Source: Candidatus Woesearchaeota archaeon
GTDB taxonomy: Archaea; Nanobdellota; Nanobdellia; SCGC-AAA011-G17; JACPIM01
Assembly (NCBI GenBank): GCA_043817645.1
Contig: JBDRGP010000029.1
Span: 58,226 to 122,225 of the forward strand
Length of the DNA stretch: 64,000 bases
Reading direction: 5' to 3'
How positions within the stretch are numbered: the stretch's first letter is position 1; each line of letters starts with the position of its first letter. The notes below the pieces were generated by a model. That model did not search any database. It saw only the letters and a list, made by a program, of their open reading frames with translations, and was not told where the DNA came from. The translations under genes and the position numbers were made by a program. Below are positions 44,813 to 52,766 of this stretch, one piece after another.

Positions 44813-45351
44813 ATTCGGTATTAATACTATCAATTATTCTTTTTATTTGGATTGTTCTTACTTTTTTAATTCCTATTTTAACGTTTCCCAGAATGCCTTT
44901 AATTGATTTTAGTTTGCCTGTTAAGTTGCCAAAAGAATTGAAAAAAGAGATTAGTAAACTAAGAAAAATTAAAGCTAAGAAAAAAGTTATTCTTGAAAGT
45001 TTAAATTTTATTAAGAAAAATTTTGAGAGTAATTCTCTTTTATTATTTTTAAAGTTGCATAGACATTATTATAAGGATTTAAGCTCAATTTTAAAGAAGA
45101 GGGGATTTTTTCCCTGCCATATTCTGGCTTTTATTTTGAGGGTGTTATTGATTGAGAGCGGGAGATTCAAGGAAGAAGATATTAAGGTTCATTATACTTT
45201 TTATAGTGGGATTATTCATGAGTATTTGAAAGTTTTTGTTAAAAATAACTGGGTTAATGTTGATCCTTGGGCGTATAATCAAGGTGTTCCTTTTGGGAAG
45301 TTTGGTATGGGACCGGTAATTGATTGGTTTAGGTTTAAAAAAAGAATATAA
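44809..45351 (+). CDS. Hypothetical membrane-associated protein coupled to the dehydrogenase gene
   Basis: 180 aa with an ATGA overlap with the upstream stop. It overlaps, on the opposite strand, the putative continuation of the dph2 remnant. Confidence 0.4.
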   Translation: MNSVLILSIILFIWIVLTFLIPILTFPRMPLIDFSLPVKLPKELKKEISKLRKIKAKKKVILESLNFIKKNFESNSLLLFLKLHRHYYKDLSSILKKRGFFPCHILAFILRVLLIESGRFKEEDIKVHYTFYSGIIHEYLKVFVKNNWVNVDPWAYNQGVPFGKFGMGPVIDWFRFKKRI

Positions 45352-45353
45352 TT

Positions 45354-45617
45354 TTATCCTGGTTTCGGAGTTAATTCTTTTGGAGAGGCATGACCGAATT
45401 GTATTAGTAAATCTATGTTTTTTATATTTGGATAATCGCAAGCTCCCCAGCAGGATTGTAGCCAGATGAAGATGTTTGCTTTTGTTTGTTTTTTTAGATA
45501 TTTTGTTATTTCTGTTGCTTTTGGTTTTAGGCCGTCTGGTAATTGGATTAAAACATTTTTTGCTTTTGTTTTTTTTATTTCTTTTACTGCCTTTCCTAGT
45601 TCTAGATTGTATTCCAT
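45354..45617 (-). pseudogene. dph2: Truncated N-terminal fragment of diphthamide synthase Dph2 (radical-SAM 3-amino-3-carboxypropyl transferase)
   Basis: 87 aa. KNVLIQLPDGLKPKATEITKYLKK...WGACDYPNIKNIDLLIQFGHAS matches the Dph2 N-terminal third (VLIQxPEGLK...YGACD...DALIHLGHS), then stops. The full protein is about 330 aa. Confidence 0.5.
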
Positions 45618-45672
45618 ATTTTAGTAAAAAAGAGATATTTTTATAAAGATTATGGAAGTGGTACTTCTTGTG

Positions 45673-46101
45673 CTAGATAAAGAGGAGTTTATTTTCCAGA
45701 AGGATCTCTATATCTCTACTTCTTTCCCTACTCCCTACAATTATGAGTGTGCTATGTCTTGGGTACTCCGTTAGGTTTTGAATAAAGCCTTTATAATCTT
45801 TCTTAGGAGTGATTATACGGTAATTTCTTGAAGTGTCGCTATGGAATTTTACTCCTCTAAAACCCACTCCGCAGGGTATTAATAAATTACTGTCTGGCTC
45901 TGGAGCATATTCAATGAAGAGATTATTCCCTACTTCCTGATTAGGCATTATTTCTACATATTCGGCTTTAACAACATTTGGATCCATATGTCTTGCTTTG
46001 TCTATGGCTGGAGCTAGTATATCTGTACTCATTGATAGTCTACGGAGCAATCTACTAAATTCAATATTGATGGCTTCTTCTATGATTATTGTTGGTAGCA
46101 T
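45673..46101 (-). CDS. Hypothetical protein
   Basis: 142 aa. No recognisable family. Confidence 0.4.
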   Translation of the reverse strand: MLPTIIIEEAINIEFSRLLRRLSMSTDILAPAIDKARHMDPNVVKAEYVEIMPNQEVGNNLFIEYAPEPDSNLLIPCGVGFRGVKFHSDTSRNYRIITPKKDYKGFIQNLTEYPRHSTLIIVGSRERSRDIEILLENKLLFI

Positions 46102-46193
46102 GCTTTTGAGCGTGAATAAGCAAGTAATTTAAAGCTTTTGCTCTGATTGGTTAGGTAAATTTTAAAAACATCAAAGGCTCTATTGAGTCTAAA

Positions 46194-46892
46194 ATGCGGT
46201 TATTTTGGGTTTTAATTGTGGTTTTTGTAGTTATTATGATTAACGGTTGCGGTCCTAATCAAAAATCAGATACTGGGGGTGGAGAGAATATGATACACGA
46301 GGATGTTTCTTTTGAGACTGAAGATGGAGTTAAGATAGTTGGAGATTTGTATAAAGGTGGAGAGAAATGGATAATTTTATTGCATATGTATACTGTTACT
46401 AAGAAAAGTTGGGAAGACTTTGCTGAAGAGTTACAAGAAAAAGGCTATAGTGTTTTAGCTATAGACTTTAGAGGGCATGGTGAGAGTGATTTGGAGTATG
46501 ATGACTTTAATGAGCAAGATTTTAATAATATGCTTTTAGATGCTAAGGGAGCTAAAGATTTTTTAGGAAAAAGTAAAAATGTTGTGATGGGTGCTAGTAT
46601 TGGCGCTAATATTGCTATTAAGTTTGCTAATGATGTTGATGGTGCTGTTGCATTAAGTCCTGCTTTTAATTATAAAGGGATTTCAACTAGAGATGATGCC
46701 TCAGGTGTTAGTAAACCTGTTTTGATTGTTGTGAGTGATGAAGATACGCAAAGCGTTGGGGATTCTAGAGAGTTAAATGGTTTAATTTCTGGAAGTAAGC
46801 TAGAGGTTTATAGTGGAAAAGGACATGGGACTAATATGTTAGATAGAGAAACTAAAGATATGGTATTGAGCTGGTTGGATGAAAACTTTTAG
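46194..46892 (+). CDS. Alpha/beta-hydrolase lipoprotein (dienelactone-hydrolase/esterase-like)
   Basis: Lipobox INGC. It has DFRGHGESD and the nucleophile elbow GASIGA. Confidence 0.65.
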   Translation: MRLFWVLIVVFVVIMINGCGPNQKSDTGGGENMIHEDVSFETEDGVKIVGDLYKGGEKWIILLHMYTVTKKSWEDFAEELQEKGYSVLAIDFRGHGESDLEYDDFNEQDFNNMLLDAKGAKDFLGKSKNVVMGASIGANIAIKFANDVDGAVALSPAFNYKGISTRDDASGVSKPVLIVVSDEDTQSVGDSRELNGLISGSKLEVYSGKGHGTNMLDRETKDMVLSWLDENF

Positions 46893-47184
46893 TGAGAAAG
46901 TTTATGATAAACTGAGAACGGTTCCTAAAGGGAAGGTTACAACTTATAGAGACTTAGCACGTTCTGTAAATTCAAAAGCTTATAGAGCTGTTGGTAGAGC
47001 AATGAAGAGTAATAAAAATCCTGTTAAAATTCCTTGTTTTAGGGTTGTTAAAAGTTCTGGAGAGGTTGGGGAGTATAGTGGTAGAGGCGGTGTTAAAGAG
47101 AAAATAAGAAAATTAAGGAGAGAAGGTATTTGTGTTAAAGGGAATAAGATAATTGATTTTGAGAAGTTTGTTTATAGGTTTTAA
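46879..47184 (+). CDS. ogt: Methylated-DNA-protein-cysteine methyltransferase-like protein (short, DNA-binding/active-site domain only)
   Basis: 101 aa. It has VTTYRDLARSVNSKAYRAVGRAM and an active-site-like IPCFRVV, where the canonical motif is PCHRV. Confidence 0.6.
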   Translation: MKTFSEKVYDKLRTVPKGKVTTYRDLARSVNSKAYRAVGRAMKSNKNPVKIPCFRVVKSSGEVGEYSGRGGVKEKIRKLRREGICVKGNKIIDFEKFVYRF

Positions 47185-47621
47185 TTTATAGTTTTCCTTT
47201 CTTCTTTTACTATTTGTGTTGCTAAAGGAATAATTTTTGGAAATTCAACACCTCTGTTGTTTAAATATTTATCAACTTTTTTTGCTTCAAGTGCTTCTAC
47301 AATAACCTTTTCTGCGTGTTCCATATCAAAATTTTTGCAAGAGAAGATATCAACAAAGGCATGTTCTTGTTCAACAAATGTATGGATTACAATATGACTT
47401 TCTGCAATAAGAACAAATGCTGATATACCTCCTTTATCAAAGCTAGTTTCTTTTCCAGGATAGGAAGTAATTTGAGGTGGTGCAATTTTAGTCATACCGA
47501 TTTCAGAAGGCAATTTATCTAAGAAATTATAAATGAACTGGAGATCGTTTAGTTTCTCTTTGTTGCACCCGTATAGATCTAACATTAGATGGGGCCCAAA
47601 TCCGAAAGTTGTCTGATTCAT
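47181..47621 (-). CDS. speH: S-adenosylmethionine decarboxylase proenzyme (class 1b)
   Basis: 146 aa. It has the LIAESHIVIHTFVEQEHAFVDIFSC motif, with self-cleavage Ser in ESH. Confidence 0.8.
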   Translation of the reverse strand: MNQTTFGFGPHLMLDLYGCNKEKLNDLQFIYNFLDKLPSEIGMTKIAPPQITSYPGKETSFDKGGISAFVLIAESHIVIHTFVEQEHAFVDIFSCKNFDMEHAEKVIVEALEAKKVDKYLNNRGVEFPKIIPLATQIVKEERKTIN

Positions 47622-47754
47622 CTTGCATAAATATCATCCCAATTAATAGAAGAATTATGAGAATTTTTGCTTAAAAAGCTTTCTGTTTCCTGTTTGTAGC
47701 ATTTTTGGAATGGTAAATAAATTTATATATCCTGTAAGAGGTTGAATTAGTTAT

Positions 47755-50304
47755 ATGTATTATAACTTGGGGAAAGAAGAGGTTTTACGTAAATTAGATA
47801 CTTCTGAGAAAGGTCTGTCTGATAGAGAGGTTAGTGCCAGATTAAGGAAATATGGGAAGAACGTTATAAAGAGAAAACATAAGATAAATCCTGTAGTTTT
47901 ATTTTTGAAGCAATTTCTGGATCCTTTGGTTATTATTTTACTTATTGTTACTATTGTGAGCTTTTTTTTAGGGGAGTATTTGGATTCCGTTGTTATACTG
48001 GCTATACTCCTTATAAATGCTATAATTGGATTTGCTAATGAGTATAAAGCTGAAAAGTCAATTGAATTATTACAAAAATTAACTGCTTTACACTCTAGGG
48101 TGCTAAGGGATGGAAAAGAGAAAATAATTCCTGCCTCTAATTTAGTTCCTGGGGATATTATTGTTTTTGAGAGCGGGGACAGGATTGGAGCTGATGTGAG
48201 GGTAATTCAGCAGAGTAATTTGGGTTTGGATGAAGCAATTTTGACAGGTGAGAGTACTCCAGTAAACAAACAATTACACGCTATTGGGCATCATTGTGAA
48301 AAAATCATTGTTGCTGAGCAAAGCAATATGGTGTTTAAAGGAACTACTGTTGTTTCTGGAAGAGGCAAGGGCGTGGTTGTTAGTACTGGCATGAATACTG
48401 AGATGGGAAAGATTGCAGAGTTGGTTCAAGAAGTTGTGAGTGTTAAAACTCCTTTGCAGAAAAGATTGAAAAAATTAGGGCATAAGTTGACTGTTGGTGC
48501 TGTGTTTATTTCTGTTTTAGTTTTTAGTATTGGGATCTTTAGAGAAATGGGGATTTTTAATATGTTTAAGACTGCTATTGCTTTGGCTGTTGCTGTTGTG
48601 CCTGAAGGTTTGCCTGCTGTTGTTACTGTAAGTTTAGCTATTGGTGTGAGAAGGATGTCTAAAAGGCATGCTCTAGTTAGAAAATTGAGGGCTGTAGAAA
48701 CTTTAGGAAGTACTCGTGTTATTTGCAGTGATAAGACAGGGACGATAACCAAGAACGAGATGACTGTTAGAAAAATATTTGCTCATGGCAAAATGTTTGG
48801 TGTTACTGGGGTTGGTTATGGTGTGAGAGGAAGTTTTCTTTATAAGGGAAAAGAGGTTAATTCCCATAGTTTGCACAATATGTTTAATGTTGCTGCTAGT
48901 TGTAATAATTCTGCTCTTCCAAATATAGGGGATCCTACTGAGTTGGCTTTATTGGTTTTAGCTAAAAAAGGAGGAGTAAATAAAATTGAAGAAAGGGTTC
49001 GTGAATTTCCTTTTGATGCTAAAGAGAAGTATATGTCTACTACGCACAGGATTCATGGGGAGGAAGTTACTTTTTTGAAAGGTGCTCCTGAGAAAATTCT
49101 TGGTTTTTGCGATTATATTGAGATTGGTGAGAAGATAATTAAATTAGATAAAAAAGGCAAGGAGAAGGTTTTGGATAAGAATCATGAGATGACTTTAGAG
49201 GCTCTGAGGGTTCTAGGGTTGGCTTATAAAAAGCACGACAAAGCTGTTTTTTTGGGCTTGGCTGGGATGATTGATCCTCCTAGAAAAGAGATTAAGAATG
49301 CAATAAAAGTTGCTCATAAAGCAGGTATTAGAGTTATAATGATTACTGGAGACCATCAAAACACAGCTAAAGCTATTGCTAATAAAGTTGGTATTGCTGG
49401 GGATGTGATGGAAGGAAAGGACCTGACTAAGGAAAAATTGGGAAGAGTAATAAATAAAGTGAATATTTTTGCCAGGGTTGATCCTGAGCATAAAGTTATG
49501 ATTCTAGATGTTTTACAGAAGAAAGGTGAAGTTGTAGCTATGACTGGAGATGGTGTTAATGATGCTCCTGCTTTGAAAAAAGCCGATGTTGGTATTGCTA
49601 TGGGGATTAAAGGCACTGATGTTGCTAGAGATACAAGCGATATTGTTTTAGCAGATGATAATTTTGCTTCTATTGTTAAGGCTGTGAAAGAAGGAAGAAT
49701 TATTTATGATAATATCAAGAAGTTTGTGAAGTTTTTGTTAAGTGCCAACATGGGTGAAGTTGGGATTATAGTAGTTAGTCTGTTATTAGGAATGCCTTTG
49801 CCATTACTGCCTTTGCAACTGTTGTGGATTAATTTGGTTACAGATGGGCTGCCTGCTTTAGCTTTGGGTGTAGATAATTCTAATGTCGATGTTATGAAGA
49901 GAAAACCTAGAGAGAAGAAAGAAACTATTTTGAAAGGAACTTATGGGTTTATCTTTATTGCTGCTATAATAGCTACTGTGGTTATGTTGGGTCTATTTAA
50001 GTACAATCTGAAAGATGGGGTGATGGAGGCCAGAACCGTTGTATTAACTGCCCTGATTTTGTTTGAGCTATTTTTGGCTTTTAGTTGTAGAAGTGAGACT
50101 AGTGTATTTAAATTGAAAGTCAATAAATGGTTGTGGGGCGGTGTTATTTTAAGTGTTCTATTGCACTTGACTATTATGTATACTCCCTTGAATGCTGCTT
50201 TTCAACTAGTGCCTTTGGGTATTGCGGACTGGTTTTGGATAGTTTTATTTAGTAGTTTAGGGTTTGTATTCTTTGAGGTGAAAAAATTAATATGGCACTC
50301 TTAG
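47755..50304 (+). CDS. P-type cation-transporting ATPase (type II, Ca2+-ATPase-like)
   Basis: 849 aa. It has phosphorylation motif CSDKTGTIT and TGDGVNDAPALKKADVGIAMG. The fold is 10 TM. Confidence 0.9.
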   Translation: MYYNLGKEEVLRKLDTSEKGLSDREVSARLRKYGKNVIKRKHKINPVVLFLKQFLDPLVIILLIVTIVSFFLGEYLDSVVILAILLINAIIGFANEYKAEKSIELLQKLTALHSRVLRDGKEKIIPASNLVPGDIIVFESGDRIGADVRVIQQSNLGLDEAILTGESTPVNKQLHAIGHHCEKIIVAEQSNMVFKGTTVVSGRGKGVVVSTGMNTEMGKIAELVQEVVSVKTPLQKRLKKLGHKLTVGAVFISVLVFSIGIFREMGIFNMFKTAIALAVAVVPEGLPAVVTVSLAIGVRRMSKRHALVRKLRAVETLGSTRVICSDKTGTITKNEMTVRKIFAHGKMFGVTGVGYGVRGSFLYKGKEVNSHSLHNMFNVAASCNNSALPNIGDPTELALLVLAKKGGVNKIEERVREFPFDAKEKYMSTTHRIHGEEVTFLKGAPEKILGFCDYIEIGEKIIKLDKKGKEKVLDKNHEMTLEALRVLGLAYKKHDKAVFLGLAGMIDPPRKEIKNAIKVAHKAGIRVIMITGDHQNTAKAIANKVGIAGDVMEGKDLTKEKLGRVINKVNIFARVDPEHKVMILDVLQKKGEVVAMTGDGVNDAPALKKADVGIAMGIKGTDVARDTSDIVLADDNFASIVKAVKEGRIIYDNIKKFVKFLLSANMGEVGIIVVSLLLGMPLPLLPLQLLWINLVTDGLPALALGVDNSNVDVMKRKPREKKETILKGTYGFIFIAAIIATVVMLGLFKYNLKDGVMEARTVVLTALILFELFLAFSCRSETSVFKLKVNKWLWGGVILSVLLHLTIMYTPLNAAFQLVPLGIADWFWIVLFSSLGFVFFEVKKLIWHS

Positions 50305-51239
50305 TTGATTTTATACTCTTTTTTATATTCGCTTTTGTATTAGCAAGGAGTAGTATTTGGGTGATTAGAAGTTTAGGAAGAATTTCTTCTTTTATGAGAA
50401 TTAGTGAATTCACTGCAGGTTTTGTTATTTTGGCGTTAGCTACTACGCTTCCTGAACTATTTGTTGGTATCAATGCCGCTCTTAATAAAGCGCCTGCCTT
50501 AAGTTTAGGAAATGTTATTGGAAGTAATATTGTTAATTTAACTTTAGTGCTAGGTATTGCAATTTTAGTTGGTAGAGGTATCTTAGTTGAAAGCAAGATT
50601 ATCAGACGAGATGCTTTTTACATGCTTTTGATTGCCAGCTTGCCTGTATTATTAATGTTGGATGGAAGGGTGAGCAGGTTTGATGGATTTATTTTACTTT
50701 TTGCTTTTTTGGTTTATATGCTGAAAATGCTTAAGGAAAGAAAGATGTTTGAAAAACCTGTAAACCACTATAAGCCTTATGGTATGTTCAATAGTTTTGG
50801 ATTGTTCGTTATTAGTATGATTTTGTTGATAATAAGTTCAAATTTTCTAGTTAAATTTGCAGTGAATATTTCTAGAGATCTTAATGTTGCTCCAATATTG
50901 ATTGGATTATTTTTGGTAGCTATTGGAACTTCTCTTCCTGAATTGGTTTTGGGTATAAGGGGGGTCTTGGCAGATCATAAAGATTTGGTTATGGGAGATA
51001 TTATTGGGAGCGTGGTTGTGAACTCTACATTAGTTTTGGGGGTTACTGCATTGATTTTTCCTATAATCGCTAACTATACCTTGTTTATAACCAGTGCTTT
51101 TTTTATGATGGTTGCTTGTTTATTGTTCTTAGCATTTGTAAATACTGATACGAAACTTACTATACGTGAAGGAGTAATACTTCTTATGCTCTATGTGGGT
51201 TTTATTATTGTAGAAATAGGGTTGAATGTATTCAAGTAA
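50292..51239 (+). CDS. Na+/Ca2+ exchanger (CaCA family, YrbG-like)
   Basis: 315 aa. The two alpha-repeats are GNVIGSNIVNLTLVLG and GDIIGSVVVNSTLVLG. Confidence 0.8.
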   Translation: MALLVDFILFFIFAFVLARSSIWVIRSLGRISSFMRISEFTAGFVILALATTLPELFVGINAALNKAPALSLGNVIGSNIVNLTLVLGIAILVGRGILVESKIIRRDAFYMLLIASLPVLLMLDGRVSRFDGFILLFAFLVYMLKMLKERKMFEKPVNHYKPYGMFNSFGLFVISMILLIISSNFLVKFAVNISRDLNVAPILIGLFLVAIGTSLPELVLGIRGVLADHKDLVMGDIIGSVVVNSTLVLGVTALIFPIIANYTLFITSAFFMMVACLLFLAFVNTDTKLTIREGVILLMLYVGFIIVEIGLNVFK

Positions 51240-51254
51240 AAAAAGAAAAGAAAA

Positions 51255-51524
51255 TTATTTCTTAAGCATCCATATTCCAAATAGGATGAATAAGATAGTC
51301 CACCATTGAACTGTCCACCAGGCGAATCCACCTAGGTCTCTTATTAAATAAAGAACTCCTAAAATCAATAATATCCATCCTAAACCTTTTGAATGACAAC
51401 AGCATGGATTAAATCCACAAACCCTGCATACGGTTCCTGATGGAACACTTAAGGCTTTTGATAAAGTTGCCTTACTGCCCCTTTTAGATGATGATCTTTT
51501 TCGTGAAGCTTTTCTTTTAGCCAT
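51255..51524 (-). CDS. Small membrane protein with basic N-terminus and Cys cluster
   Basis: 89 aa. It has CRVCGFNPCCCH, then 2 TM helices. Confidence 0.4.
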   Translation of the reverse strand: MAKRKASRKRSSSKRGSKATLSKALSVPSGTVCRVCGFNPCCCHSKGLGWILLILGVLYLIRDLGGFAWWTVQWWTILFILFGIWMLKK

Positions 51525-51608
51525 TAAATTAACACCCCCTATTTTTAAAGAAATACTGTGTTTCTATTTATAAATTAATGTAACTATCCTGAAGTGTTGT
51601 TTTTGTTT

Positions 51609-51893
51609 TTACTTTTCTGTGAGCTCTTCAACTTCCTTTTTTCCTTTTTCTAACTCTTTTTCTTGCTCTTTGTCTTCTTTTAGTAAAAGAGCTTGAAATT
51701 CTCCTACGTGTGTTTTTTCTTCTTGTGCTATCTCTAAGAGAATTTTTTTTAGATTATTGTTTTCTGTCATTGCAGCCATTTGTTCATAGAGATTTATGGC
51801 GTCTAATTCTGCTATTATTCCTGCTCTTAATATTTCTGTGTCTAATACTTCTTTTTTTACTTTTTCAAGTCTAATTGGTAATTGTGATAACAT
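51609..51893 (-). CDS. Ferritin-like (rubrerythrin-type diiron motif) small protein
   Basis: 94 aa. ELDAINLYEQMA...EEKTHVGEF shows E...E-x-x-H diiron-ligand spacing. Confidence 0.4.
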   Translation of the reverse strand: MLSQLPIRLEKVKKEVLDTEILRAGIIAELDAINLYEQMAAMTENNNLKKILLEIAQEEKTHVGEFQALLLKEDKEQEKELEKGKKEVEELTEK

Positions 51894-51991
51894 TTTTTAC
51901 CTCCTGTCTTTTGCGATATCTCTAGGTTTTTATACTTTTTCTAGATTTTGGTTCCCTTCAGAAAAAATTCCTATAACGGGAGGGGAGAAAC

Positions 51992-52654
51992 TTAACTTCT
52001 ACTTAGACTCCTTACCTTAGTCTTTAAAGCATTATGCAACTCAGCAATTCTATCTACATATCCCAAAACCTTTTTTACGTCATTTAGATCAATTGAGTTT
52101 CTTGGTGCAACTATATACCCTTCCATAGCTTTAATTGCTTCTATAAAATAGTTTTCAGAATCGCTAGCAGTTTGCGTTTCAAGAACAGTTTGCGCCTTCA
52201 ACCTCTCAACCAAGTAACCGGGGACTAAACCTAATGTTCTACTAAGTGCTCCTATAGTTTTTAAGGTAGGATCAATTATTCTTCCTGTTTCATAGGATGA
52301 AATTTGTGGCGAGGTAGTTCCTGTCATTTCAGAAACTTCTCTTTGAAGCAATCTTCTTGCTTTCCTTTGTTTAGCAAAAACTCTTCTAACATAATTATCA
52401 ATTTGTTCTCCATGTAATAAACCTTCATTTCCTAGATCTTCAACTTGCCCATTGTCCGTCCTATAAAGAACAATAGGGATTAAACCAAGTCCATGAGCAA
52501 TTTTTTCAATAGAAGATAGACGAGAGTTTCCTCTCTCAAGGATATGACGTAAAGTTGTCTCGGGTATTCCTACAGTTCTTGCTATACCATGCACATTCAT
52601 TCCTAAGTCTGCCAAAAGTTCTTCCAGTCTCCTATGAATCAATTTTCTTTGCAT
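51992..52654 (-). CDS. XRE-family transcriptional regulator with two HTH domains; GC-richer
   Basis: 220 aa with two Cro/C1-type HTH segments (GIARTVGIPETTLRHILERG and LLQREVSEMTGTTSPQISSYETG). Confidence 0.55.
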   Translation of the reverse strand: MQRKLIHRRLEELLADLGMNVHGIARTVGIPETTLRHILERGNSRLSSIEKIAHGLGLIPIVLYRTDNGQVEDLGNEGLLHGEQIDNYVRRVFAKQRKARRLLQREVSEMTGTTSPQISSYETGRIIDPTLKTIGALSRTLGLVPGYLVERLKAQTVLETQTASDSENYFIEAIKAMEGYIVAPRNSIDLNDVKKVLGYVDRIAELHNALKTKVRSLSRS

Positions 52655-52766
52655 GTCTAAGTACGATTTAGCAGACTATTTATAAAAGTTTCCATCATTT
52701 TACCACCTTGGAGGGTTAACATTAAAAATAGATAATAAATTTTGGGGGTGGAATTTTCTTTAAGGT

